Source: Paramecium tetraurelia (lineage: Eukaryota). From it: a stretch of DNA of 64,000 nt. The position numbers and the translations under genes are program-made. The notes below the pieces were generated by a model. That model saw only the letters and a list, made by a program, of their open reading frames with translations. It had not been told where the DNA came from and did no database searches. The DNA is taken from assembly GCA_000165425.1 (NCBI GenBank), contig CT868678.1, positions 1 to 64,000 of the forward strand, in the 5' to 3' direction. Positions 50,933 through 64,000 of the stretch are shown here, in pieces. The stretch's first letter is position 1. Every line of letters starts with the position of its first letter.

Positions 50933-51586
50933 AAAAATTGATAATTTTTATAACTAACATTTTGTTTGCGTAAAAATATCGGTAATCTTCAAACAATTGT
51001 TCATGGATATAGTAATTTTTCAATAATTGGAGTTAAATCCAATCTTAATTTCTAATTGGCTTCATTTAAGATGGTATATACACATTTAGATGATGTAATA
51101 AGAATAAGATTTACCCTTCAGAATTTGATCTTTTGATGGCTTAATCTAATCTCATTTGTATAAATTCACATCCATAATTAAATATTTACATCTATAATTC
51201 ATCTAATAATAGGTAAATTCTGTCTTGAATTACTAAATATCCAAATGTATTTAAATATAGAATAATATTCTAAGGAGCAATTAATAAAAGTCCCCTCATT
51301 TTAATGCATCGAAATATTTTATACTATCTTTCCTAATTCAACATATTGTAGACTAATATCCTTTGACTCAGTTGCACAGTCTCCTCTTCCCCCAAATAAA
51401 TCTCCTTAATTATATATCGTTTTTATTCTAAACTTTAGATCCAATAACAATAACATCATTATCCATTAATGAATGTGTAATTAATCAATAATATTACATA
51501 ATTGAATTATAATTCTATTGATACTTATCTATTAATATGAAATTTTTTATATGAATTATAAAATATAGTGGGTAAAATATTTAATT

Positions 51587-52953
51587 TCATTTTTTAGTAT
51601 ATTTGAGTTTCACAATTTATGATCCCAACTTAGGCTAATTAAGAGTAGACAAGTTTTTGTATGATTAAGGTCTTATAGACTTAATGGCAGGTTCTATAGT
51701 ACGATCTTCCCCAACAATATCAGATTAGTAAATAGAAATTTCATCTTCTGGTGCTGATTCTTAGATTGATTCCCTATTCTAATTGGAATGGTAGGAGTTC
51801 TTGAATCTGGTAGGCTAGGTGTTGTGTCGTTGTGACTATTAAGGATGGCATTCTTGGAATGAAATATGAAATAAAGGATATGATAAATCTTTTTCAACGT
51901 ATCCACTTGCTTGAATAACTCTGCGAAATAATTATTTAAACTTCTCATATTCTTGGGGGAAATCGGAGGCATTGCTGGTTTTGACTAAGTTTAGGAAGTG
52001 AATAAACTCAATGGGAGCTGATTTAAAGGTGATTTCTGGAATGATGGATAATTTAATATTCTCCAGTTTTTTGAGTTTCAACGCTTTGTTGTCAGCTTTA
52101 ACCTTGAAGACGGTAGAGTTCGTTGCATAAACTAACAAGATGTAGGCAAGTGATTCTAAGTCGTCCTTCGGTGTGGGAACTAACAGTATAATGGCCATTC
52201 TTACATTGATTCAAATGTTGATTAATACTCGAGTATTTATTGAGAAAATGCTTGTTTGAAGTGGATTTATAGTTTTCCAAACAGTAGATTGACCCATGTT
52301 GCAACTTGAATTTGGTAGCAAATTTGAAGTCACTAAGTAAGATTTCATTACCATTAGTTGTAAGTAATAGTTTTTTAGGTCTGATGTTCCTGTGGACAAT
52401 TTGGTGTTTATGGATGGTTTCCAAACAAGTTAACTAGAATATCAAAGGGTGAATACAGTTTATATTGCTATGAGACACAATATAGGCAGAGGTATGGATT
52501 TGGACAGATAATTGTATATGAGCTTAATGGAGGGTCCATGTCTTTACAGGATTTGATAGTGATACATTTGACCACTGATGATCTATTCTCCGCAATTGAC
52601 TAAGATTGGGACACAGTTGGCTAAGAATATGAGATACGTTTATACCATCCTTCAATCTTAATAAAAATTACAGTTCTGGGATTATCTCATTTTGTTGGGT
52701 TTATCTTGAATAGTTAGGGGATAAGTACCTTTTCATCTTAATTAAGTAAAACTTATCTTTGTTATCTGTTTAGTTGATATCATCAGACTCTTTCTGGTTG
52801 ATGGCTAGCTATCTTTTAACTTCATCAAATATTACCTAAATACATGTTGTATTATTTCCCTCTGTAAATATTTTTGATTATGCTGTATTTCTAGTCAATA
52901 ATTATGGAATTGGTTGTCTCAGTAGTGCTTTTGGTTTAAGATGTATTCAGCAT
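51587..52953 (-). CDS. Casein kinase 1-like pseudokinase
   Basis: HGPSI, IVHRNIRPKKLLL, LSDFKFA, YSSINQHL, PKDDLESLAYIL. Five short introns. Confidence 0.82.
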
Positions 52954-53190
52954 TTAAATAAAAATTATATAATGTGAAGTTTCAAAGAAATTGCACCTTT
53001 AAAACATTGGCCAAGATGGATATCCAGTATTTAAGGTGTAGGTACGAATTGGGACTGATATGAAGGGAGTGTGAATTCCAAATACGATACTTTAATAAAA
53101 AGATGTTAGGGATTTAGATAAATATGAAACATTATGAGATAATATTTTTATTGTATATTTTTTAATAAAAATATAATTTCTTTTATAAAA

Positions 53191-54163
53191 ATGGATTTTT
53201 AGCATCATACTAATAGCACTAGGTATTTGAGTGTGATTTATTGAACAAGCATAAGCGGATCATCATCTCCTAGTTCCAAAAGAGGAGTTCAAGAGTGTTA
53301 TCATGATATATTTCTGGAGAAGAGATAGAAAAGGAGTAAGCAAAATTGTTATAGAAGTGGTTCTATAGTTCTGGGATCAGTGAAGGAAGTATCGGAAGAT
53401 ATCGAGGATTATCTTGTAATTTTGAATCATATTAGAGATTTCAAGGATACCTCACATCTAGATTTAAAATGACAAGTTTGAGTTCAGATAAAATATTAGT
53501 CAGAGAGATAGATCATCGCCTCTGCTCATCAGATAAAAGGAATACAGGAAGAGGAGGGCTTCTTTGAGTCCTCATGGAACCAATGCGTTACAGAGAGTTG
53601 AGGAAGTCAATGGAGATGACGATGAACTCAAGAATAAATGCATCTTTAAACTAGGATTGATATTGGATAAGAATGAATTTAATGATAAATAGAAAAGATC
53701 CTCAATCCTTAAGGAAAGAACTAATCATGATGTAATCCAAATTTATCGAGATGTAGCCAAATTTGTCCATTCTTGAAGATGTTTAAGAAAATGTTAAAGA
53801 TTAACCCACATTTGCTAACACCACACTGAAATTGAAGGTGGATGAAGTGGATTTTGGATAAGATAAAAAACAATGGGCTCCCGAAGAAATTATTGAAATA
53901 ATTGAAGAGGAAAAACCAGATACTATAATTAATGTCAAGGAGAAGGAAATGTTTTAGAAGGGTATTACTATTAATATAAGATAGTTAAAAAAATATTACA
54001 TGAGGAACGAGATTTTTTGAAGAAAATATTAAAAGGTGAAATGATAGAATAGGACGATATCAAAAAGAAGTAAGAATTTTAGATGCAAATTGGAGAAATC
54101 TATTGGAAACAATTGATATAAGAAGCAGAGGAGTAAGTCAATAGCGATGAAGAGCATCAATGA
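53191..54163 (+). CDS. Hypothetical protein
   Basis: MDFQHHTNSTS... four 22-27-nt introns restore a frame to TGA 54161-54163. No domain recognised. Confidence 0.6.
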
Positions 54164-54416
54164 TTATTCTATATTATTAATTATTTTACAAGCACCACAT
54201 TAATTATTTCAAATCTATAACGTAGTTTAGAGAACAAATTCCGATGTGAAGGAATAGGAACATATTATGGAATTTGAGTGCAAAGATAAACGGTGTCACA
54301 TTTTAAACTTGAATTATGTGCAATTAAATTATAAACCATCAAGAGTATATAATAAATTTTAAGTATTTATATAACAATTATGTGATTATTTCTAAACATG
54401 CTACTACGATACTAAA

Positions 54417-55419
<1,003 letters not shown>

Positions 55420-56129
55420 TTAATTAAATAAATTAATCAAACTAAGATGCATATCATATTGATTAAATTAAATTCTAAATTTGAATCCCATATTTCAAGA
55501 GAATCAAATTATATAATCCATCTCATCATTTAGATTATTTCATATTATGAAAATATAGAAATCTATATTAAATAGAAAATATATATTTTTGATCTATTTA
55601 TTTCAGTCATTGAAATACATAAGAATATTCAATAAGAATGAGCATCTCAATTTGTCATTAAATTACCTAAAGAAATTAATGGTGATTATATTTCACAATA
55701 ATATTATTGAAAAATTAAATTTATTAAAAATAACTCTATGGTTTTAAATTAATCGATAATGACAATCAAATATTCAAATATTTGAAAGAATTTAATCAAC
55801 ATTTTAAGAAACATGGGGATTTATTGTTTAAAATTTAGACTCAGAAAATTTTGAGTCGTGTAATTTTAAAAATCGAGAAATTGTATGTCGATATTTTTAT
55901 TTAATGAAAACAAAATTGAGTTATGAATTCATTCCTTGGTGGTATTTTCTAACTTTTATTTACATTAATAAAGTTCATTTTCTAAAATATTGTTCTGCTC
56001 AAGTAATTGAGTTCTTTCGATATTCAATAATTCGCATTTAGACTTTTAAAGGGAAATTTATTCTAAAAATGTAATCATTAATACTCACCTTCTAATTGAG
56101 AAAGCCTTAATTCAAAAACATCCACAATA

Positions 56130-56649
56130 TCATGTTGGGGCACTGTGATATAATGGTTAATAATTTATTTCAATGGATTTATTGAGATTTAGAAATCTAT
56201 TTTTAATTGAAATAGACTTTGTTTTAATGAGAGGTTTTCTATTTTCAATTGTTGCAATTACTCCAACAGCCTACTATAGTTGTTCATCTGTTGGTATTTG
56301 ATTTGAATATTCTAGCATTAGAACTTTAATAAATACATCTAAAGAATTGACTCGATTTTGTTTGAGTGTTTTATTTTCCTGAGTGAGATAATCCACTTTT
56401 TTTGTAAGTTCAATGATTTATTGCTGCAAATTGTGAATAAGACTTCTCTCTGATTACAAACAAGGAACTGATTTTTAGTGTTTTTCTCGTTTTTAGTTAT
56501 TACAAAATTACGAGAGCACCAACTAGTAACTTGTTGGAGAATGTTCAATCTTTTTAGATGATTATTGTGATGATTGCTTTGAAGAGGCAGCTAAAAACAT
56601 GAAAATAATAACTACTTGATGGAATGTTTCGTATTCTGTTATCGGACAT
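56130..56649 (-). CDS. Small coiled-coil hypothetical protein
   Basis: MSDNRIRNIPSTASSKQ..LQQQIIELTKKVDYLTQENKTLK..LKIENLSLK, with two 25-nt introns. Confidence 0.6.
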
Positions 56650-57913
56650 TTATATTTATATTGATGTAAAATTAATAATTTTTGTCATCACAGTTTTGGA
56701 TACTCTATATATGTTCAAAAGGTAATATAATATTCTAAGTATTTAACTAAATAATTACAGTAGCAATGATATATTGTAATATTCCCTGTAAAGAGCATAA
56801 TAATTAAATTATGACTACTCATAAATTGATGTATTAAAATAACTAAAGATCGTATATTTCTTATTGATTTAAGTCTCACTTTAAAAATTATTACAAATAT
56901 TTATGAATCCAGAAAACATTAAGGAAAGTAAATTTTGATAATATTTGACACTTTGGAGTCTTGTTATTTTGAATATCAAATCATATACTAAGACATTATT
57001 TATTATTTTTGTTTATAATAAAATGCAATGGAGTTATTAAGTACAAGTTTACATCAAATAGAAAAAGAAAAACTGCATTCCAATTTAGTATGAATTTTAT
57101 TATTTCACTTATGTAACTAAGAATTATAGATTCCGAAAAAAAATAAATCTTGAATCATTTTTAAAGAATTTTGCTAGGAGTCATTTTTCAAAAAAGACTA
57201 AACTCAAATAAGTATTAGCAATTAAATGTTTACAGCTAACTCATTGTGGAAGAGATTAATCTTACAATCTGATGAAAATGAAGAATAAATGGAAGAGCAG
57301 TAAAGTTATAAAAGCACAAAAGTAAATAATATATTATTTACTAAAATCTGTATTGAATTAATTGTTTATCCCTTAAGAAAATAATAGAATAAACAAAATC
57401 ATTCAATTCTTAGTTTACCATTTAGATTAGAATTCGTGAACAATAAGTATATGCAATATTCAGAAGTATTAAAATTCAATTATCATTCTATTTTAGATAT
57501 TCCTCAGCAATCCTTTTTAACCTCTAAAGATTTCATCGAAATTTAAGTTAATTTTAGTCAATTCTATTTGATTTTAATATAAGTTTATAAATAGTATGAA
57601 AAGGAGTCTCTGAATCACAATTGCTACAATTTCGAAAGTCATTCATACAAAAATTTATAATTGTTTCTTTTGCTACTTATATTTAGGGTTTTGACTAAAT
57701 AAAACAGAGATTGCAATTCTATGAATTAACTCTCAAATATAATGTTATCTGATTATTAACTAAAATATGGAGAGATTTGATTGGTTAAATGAGTCTAGGA
57801 TGAAGGAATCTAAATGAAAAGTTTATGATAAAATTGATTAAAGACTATCCACACATAAAATCAAAGTATATTTTGAATTTTTGAATATATTTCACTATGA
57901 CTATAATAATCAA

Positions 57914-58173
57914 TCAATTCAGATAGTTTGAGATCGTCCTACGTACGGGGACTTCTTTCTATCTACTTTATTGATAGATAGTAATTACAATAAGTCATCA
58001 TCATCGTTCTGCTCTTCGATTTGTAAGAATTCAGTTCGCAACTATGATAAATTATGGATCAACAATTTGTGATTATTGAGTATTGTTGCCATTGGTAGAA
58101 AGGTCAATTGTCTTGTCATTTGCTTCATTATCACAGGTTGTCTTATGAAATGGGATGCTATTCTCAGAAACAT
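57914..58173 (-). CDS. Small protein with mitochondrial presequence-like N-terminus
   Basis: MFLRIASHFIRQPVIMKQMTRQLTFLPMATILNNHKLLIHNLSQLRTEFLQIEEQNDDDDL. Probable 26-nt intron. Unspliced stop would be 57919-57921. Confidence 0.5.
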
Positions 58174-58184
58174 TATTAATATTA

Positions 58185-59345
58185 ATGGATTAATTTCTTA
58201 ACGAATTTGAACAATATTGCAGAAATATAGGGATTTTGGAGTAGGAATCAAATTTTGAAGAAAAAGCCGATGAATTAGGCTAAATCTTATTCAAGCACAT
58301 ACTGAAACTAAATAAGGAATCATTAATGTAATTGTCCAATCGAATTGCAAAACAATGGTTGGATCAGCAGACTACAAAGACTGCTTAACCAAATAGCGCA
58401 AAATAAAATACTAAGAGAAGCAAACATAGTTAATCAACACCCTAAGAATCTATGAAAAGTATTATAAATAGCAATATTTAATCAACAAATTATTTATATG
58501 ATCAATATATATAAAAAGAGGAAAACAAAATTCTAAAATCTCAAAAGATTATTGAAGAATAATTGAAAGAATGTACATTTTAACCTTAAATCCTAAAAAA
58601 GAGTCAGCAACTTGATACCAACGTTCCAGTGCATGATAGATTAGCCAAATTTGGAACTGATTAAAAACTAAAATAATAAATTAGCTCAGAAATTAAAGAT
58701 AAAAATGATCTAAAATAATGTACATTTAGACCCCAAGTTAATCAAAAAGCCAATAAGGTTTTGGAAGGTGATCCATTCTCGAGGCTCTATTTAAATGCAT
58801 TATCATAACGATTATCCAAACCTCAGAGTCAAGAAAAGGTCTATTCACATAAACCCTAACTAATCAGTTAGCCACCCCAATAATAATTAGGCTACTTGAG
58901 TGTACCTGTAGAATAACGTTTATATAATAACTTCTTTGATCAATAGCAAACCCTTGTATAGCAATAAGAAGTGGAGAAATTGGCTGAACTTGAAGAATGC
59001 ACATTTACACCGATGATTAACTAGTATGCTTCAATCTCAAATGGAGTTGAAAATAAATCGAAGGTATTTGAAAGACTTTACAACAAATCTGCAACTCTAA
59101 AATCAAATTCAGAAATGAAAGATCAGACTCAAACTCTAAATCGATTTTCCAGTAGTAAATAATCCGAATAGATCATAAGAAATGCTAGTTTTGATAAATC
59201 TAAATATGTATCTTAGTTTTAGATTGAATAATCTCCATATGATAGATTGCATGAAGAATATAAAAGAATTTAGAAGAAGAAAAAGATAATTGAAAATTAA
59301 GTTTTCTCTAGTATTCCATTTAAACCTAAAATTAATAAAAAATGA
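58185..59345 (+). CDS. ECTFxP / RLY repeat protein, probably cytoskeletal (386 aa)
   Basis: Intronless ORF with ECTFQPQI, QCTFRPQV, ECTFTPMI, PFKPKIN and VHDRL, FSRLY, VEQRLY, VFERLY. Confidence 0.8.
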
Positions 59346-59884
59346 AATTGAGTTATTCAAATTTCCTATAAATAATTTCATGTCAATTTGATTTCAGGAG
59401 AAAGACATTCTTAACTTTTGATTTTGATATTCAATTTCTTAAATGAAAAATTTAGGTGAAACTCAACTGTATGACCTTAAATTTTATTAAGTAATCATAT
59501 TTGGACAATTCTTCAGAAGACTTAAACTAAAAAAATTAAATATACTTTTACAATTCAATAATTTTAGTTATAACTTCTTATTCACAGAATTTGTTAAGTA
59601 AATTCTTTGTTCTTTCTAGATTTTACAGTATTTAATCATTTTATTCTATTGAATTTACTTCATAAAATAATAAATAAATTTTCTCCTTATTATCTCTTGT
59701 TAATTCTTTTGATTTGATTTTGAAACAAAGACTTGGTTGATAAATCTTCTTATGATTTAATATTGTAATTTTGAAAAATATATATAATATGTTCTTGTGT
59801 CCTCTTGGTAAATATGGCTTGCATTTACTGAAGTTAAAATAATTATTATAATTAATTAATAGGAATTTAATTGGAAATACAAAA

Positions 59885-60301
59885 ATGATTTAATCTATTC
59901 CACTTACTCTTGATTAGATTTATGGAGTTAATTTTAAGAGAGTTCCCATTTTTTTCGGGGAAATGGAAGGAACCAATCCCTTGCCAATTAATGAGACGGA
60001 TGAAGATTTGTATTCAGAAAAAAATTCAAGTGAACAATTAAAAAGATCGTTGCCGCCATTACAGAAAGTGGATATAAGGGTCTTTGGAGAGAAATAGAGG
60101 AGACGATAGAATGTCCACAAGTCTCCCATAGTTTCAACTCAATTGGAATAGCATATAGGGTTTAGAAATTCATTTTATAGGAATAACAAAATCAATTTGG
60201 CATCTAGACAGAGGATAGAGGAGATTAAAAATAGAGAGATGGGTTTATACACGAAATATGCTCAACGATTCAATGTGCCAAAATCTTAGATATGGAATTG
60301 A
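59885..60301 (+). CDS. Hypothetical protein (138 aa)
   Basis: Intronless code-6 ORF MIQSIPLTLDQIYGVNFKRVPIFFGE...QIWN*. Confidence 0.6.
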
Positions 60302-60475
60302 TTATAATGAGTTTCTCGTAATTAGTTTAGAAATTTTAATAATATTAATAATAATATTTATCATAATCATGAAAATTTGAGTAATTCTAGTAGTGCCCCT
60401 TGCAGTATCGTTAGAGAGAGTAATGAATTCAATATATAAATTAAGAATCTTATAATATAAAATATAAATTATAAA

Positions 60476-60932
60476 ATGGATGAGGGGATCTATATTAAAT
60501 AGGTGATTGTAAACGATTTGTTTGAAATTTCTGATTAGTAATGAAATAATTACGCTAATTAGGATATTAGCATCGAATGTAAAAGATGAGTCCATAGAGC
60601 ACTTGTATAATTCCATTATCCAGCATCAATCGAAAGATGAATAGGAGGAATATGATGAAAGGGAGTCTTCAAAGAGGAAACTCAACGATCCCAAGTAGTA
60701 TTATTGATGTTTTGAGGATGTTATTAGATTTTCCTACTCTGAGGACAAACGGATCTTAGAATTGGTCTAATAAGTGGGTCCAAATTTTAATAGCATTGTA
60801 AAATATTTTCCAGGGAAGACAATGAATATGATAAAGAATAGATACTACAAAAAGTTAAGGTACATGAAGGAAGACGATTTGAATGAGAAGGAGAAGGTGA
60901 GAGGGGTTCGGAAACAGAGAAAGGCAAACTGA
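60476..60932 (+). CDS. Single Myb/SANT-domain protein
   Basis: FSYSEDKRILELVQQVGPNFNSIVKYFPGKTMNMIKNRYYKKLR, with two introns. Confidence 0.82.
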
Positions 60933-60997
60933 GAACCAAAATCTAACATTTTTGATATATATGTAATTACATATATTTAATTTAACTCTTTAAATTT

Positions 60998-61038
60998 GGG
61001 GCGGGGGATTAGAGGGAAGGAGGGAGATTGTGAAAGGG
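60998..61038 (+). promoter_or_regulatory. G-tract cluster, putative G-quadruplex motif
   Basis: GGGG-C-GGGGG-ATTAGA-GGG-AAGGA-GGG-AGATTGTGAAA-GGG, 84-124 bp upstream of the cyclase ATG. A regulatory role is not shown. Confidence 0.45.
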
Positions 61039-61121
61039 ATCTTGGTAATGAATAAATTAGTTAATTATACTATTTAATTATAAATTTAGGAATATGTATA
61101 ATAATTAAAATAGAAATATTA

Positions 61122-63869
61122 ATGAGTGAAGCTCAAGTAAATCCGGAAGTAGATAACTAATCTGTAATATCAGAAGACAGCAACAATGAAGATGTTGACG
61201 TGTTTGGTCAAGATTAAGAGATGTAATGAAAAATTATGAATTCAGTGATAAGTTTCCTCTCTTAACGAGTATTTTGGATAGTAGTTGGTCTCAAATATTA
61301 GTAAATCTCTTAACTATATATGCTCTATTTGGCGATGATATTAGAATTATTGCCTTTGATAAGAGGGCTGATGATGGATTTGATGTGATCACCATAATAT
61401 GCATGGTAAATTCATCAAATATAGTAGATAATATTTTCAATAGAAATCATCATTGCCAGTTTGGTTAGAACTGACTATTTTAATTCATTCTTTTTTTGGC
61501 TTGATATAATATCAACAGTTTCTTAGATTTTGGATATAACCTCGTTCAATATTGCAGTTGGTTTATAGTAACTAATTTTAAGCTTAAATATATTTTAGAG
61601 GTTCTGTGGCTGCAAAATCCGCCTCTTAATTGTCCCAAGCAAATAAAGCATCTAAAACAAGTTCGAAAGCAATTCGAGTGGTTCGACTTGTTAGATTAAT
61701 TAGAATAGTTAAGTTGTATAAGGCTGCAAGCTATTCATAAGAATAAGCCTTTAAAAGACAGCCCATCCGAACTTAGACTACGAAAAAAAGCAAAGCAACA
61801 ATTTATCCCTCGGTGTACGAAAATATTAACAATGGGCCAGTTGAACAGGAGAATCTAAATAAAAAGGAGAATAATACTGAATAAAGGGGTAGTATTGAGA
61901 GTCATAAATTAGAAGGAGAAGATAATGCGAATAGTTAAGAAAATCGAGAAAATTAAAATATGGTTGCAAAATAACAATAAATTGACAATTCTATTCCAAA
62001 GGTCTAATAAATTCGTAGACAATCCATGAAAGAGCCATCGTAAGTCAAAGCCAAAGAAAAAAAAGAATCCAGAGTGAGCAAAAGGTTGTCGGATTCCACA
62101 ACGAAGAAAGTCATCATCCTTGTCATTTTATTACTCTTAATAATGCCTTTATTTAGTTCTGATTACTATTTTGAACCATCCTATAGTTTAGCATATGCAG
62201 CTGAGTATGTAAGAGTAGTGGCTGAGATTCCAAATACAAAACTAACTGAGATCAATTAGACAATATATTTCGTGATTGATTAGCATAAATCATTTGACAC
62301 GCCAGTAGGATACATTACCAACCCATTTACTGAGATAGAGAATTATGAAACCCCTTCATATTAGTATTTAAGAGAAAGTTCGAAAAGCTATTATTTTGAA
62401 TTAGTAGATCCTGTATTGGTGGGTTTGGAATACATTGGTGATCCTGTCATTCTTTTTGTCTCAGATAATTCTGATGTTGAGTCTAAGAATTCAATCATCA
62501 ATATTGTTAATACTTTATTTGTGAGTGCCGTATTGTTATTTGGAGCAATTGCCTTTTCTAATGATGCTAATAATGTTGCCTTGAAACCAATAGATAGGAT
62601 GATAGTGAAAGTCAATTTAATAGCTAAGAATCCCTAATTGGCCAAGGAGATGAAATTAGAATCTGATGGAACTCAAAAGGAAACCACTTAGATAGAAAAT
62701 GCTATCATCAAAATAGGGGCCTTGTTGGCATTGGGATTTGGTGATGCAGGTTCTGCTATTATAGGAACTAATATGGCATCATCAGGAGATGTGGATCCTA
62801 TGTTACCAGGTAAACGTAAATGGGCAATTTATGGATTTTGTGATATTCGTAATTTCACTGATGCCACTGAAGTCTTGCAAAAAGATGTGATGTTGTTTGT
62901 AAATAATATAGCTGAGATTGTTCATTCAATGGTGGATCGATATCAAGGATCAGCCAATAAAAACATAGGAGATGCATTCCTATTAGTTTGGAAAATCAAT
63001 GATTCTTAATGGTATGAAGATGGAAATGAAATCAAATGGTAAATATCATATTATTATTTAAGGTCCAACTTGACATTCATAAACTAATTAGCTGATTGTG
63101 CTCTAATTGCTTTCATGAAGATATATGCTAAGATCAATAGAGAACCTAAAATATTAGAATATAGAAATGATGAGAGATTAAGTCAACGTTTGCCAGGATA
63201 TAAAGTAAAGATGGGATTCGGATTGCATATAGGATGGGGCATAGAAGGTGCCATTGGATCAGAATTCAAAATTGATGCCTCTTATCTGAGTCCAAATGTT
63301 AATATGGCTTCTCGTTTAGAAGCTGCTACTAAACAATATGGTGTGGCTGTCTTAATCTCAAGCGAATTGCACCAATATTTCTCCAATGAAGTCAAGAAAT
63401 ACACCAGATAGATTGATAAAGTCACTGTTAAGGGAAGTGTCAAACCTATTGGGTTGTTCACTGTGGAGATGGAGGCTGATGATCTGCCTCCTAGCAAATA
63501 GGATTATCCTTAAGAAGAGAAGTAATAAGTGATGTATGAGAAAAAGCAAATCTTTCTTTAATAACTAGAATCTGGGGATTTCAATGCAGAATTGTATATA
63601 AAAAGAAACAAGGATCTTGGACTTATAACGAAGAATGTTAATCAAGAATTCTTGGTAATCGTATCGTTTAATTATCCTAGCATCAATTTGGCTAAGGGTT
63701 TTAAGGTTATCTCTTGGGAAATTGGAAAGAGGCCCACATGTTGTTTGAAAAAGCGAAGTAAATCAGACCTAATGATGGTCCCATAAGTACTCTATTTAAT
63801 GTAATGGGGGAAACAAATTTCAAAGCTCCTTCAGATTGGAAAGGCTATAGAGAGTTAACAGAAAAATGA
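61122..63869 (+). CDS. Alveolate-type adenylyl cyclase with N-terminal ion-channel/voltage-sensor domain and C-terminal TPR-like tail
   Basis: TIYALFGDDIR, S4-like RVVRLVRLIRIVKLYK, LALGFGDAG, GFCDIRNFTD, NKNIGDAFL, GAIGSEFKIDASYLSPNVNMASRLE, WKGYRELTEK*. Five introns. Confidence 0.93.
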
Positions 63870-63950
63870 ATATTTTAAGTCTATAATGTTCGGCATTTCT
63901 TTTGTTTCGAAATTATATATTATAAGAAAATACAATTTATAATAAGAATT

Positions 63951-64000
63951 ATGAAAGTGGAACCTCAAAGTTTGAATGAAGAGTTATTGCAATATAAATC
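63951..64000 (+). CDS. 5' end of a gene running off the window
   Basis: MKVEPQSLNEELLQYK after an AT-rich spacer. Confidence 0.45.
   Translation, partial: MKVEPQSLNEELLQYK

Noticed and set aside
50710..51465. Long TGA-free minus-strand frame overlapping the 5' part of the Tlde1-like gene
   Set aside because: No convincing start or domain. With a single stop codon, long frames arise by chance in AT-rich DNA. At most a kinase-like fossil.

Overview
Gene-dense, very AT-rich eukaryotic DNA that reads as a ciliate macronuclear chromosome, most likely Paramecium. TAA/TAG encode Gln, TGA is the only stop, and genes carry tiny 20-34 nt GT-AG introns, so the supplied standard-code ORF track is mostly fragments or antisense shadows. 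I translated the window by hand in code 6 and found about 30 genes. Recognisable ones include a MORN protein, an ANTH-like protein, a ~2580-aa IP3R-like channel, CFAP97-like proteins, a pore-degenerate CNBD channel, BRE1-, RING1- and TUL1-like E3 ligases, a WD40 protein, a TFIIB core-only protein, a CK1 pseudokinase, a CaMKK-like kinase, a Myb protein and a voltage-sensor adenylyl cyclase. Several copies are disrupted (NudCD3, a PCM/crystallin-family gene, tRNA-Cys, a VWA fusion). Top finding: a secreted, intron-containing homologue of the bacterial T6SS L,D-transpeptidase toxin family Tlde1/DUF2778 (50319-50932), a candidate domesticated peptidoglycan-attacking enzyme. Second: a VWA protein ending in a ribosomal-stalk P2 dimerisation domain (3520-5507). 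All homology calls are motif recognition from memory, not database searches, and exon boundaries are inferred by eye.
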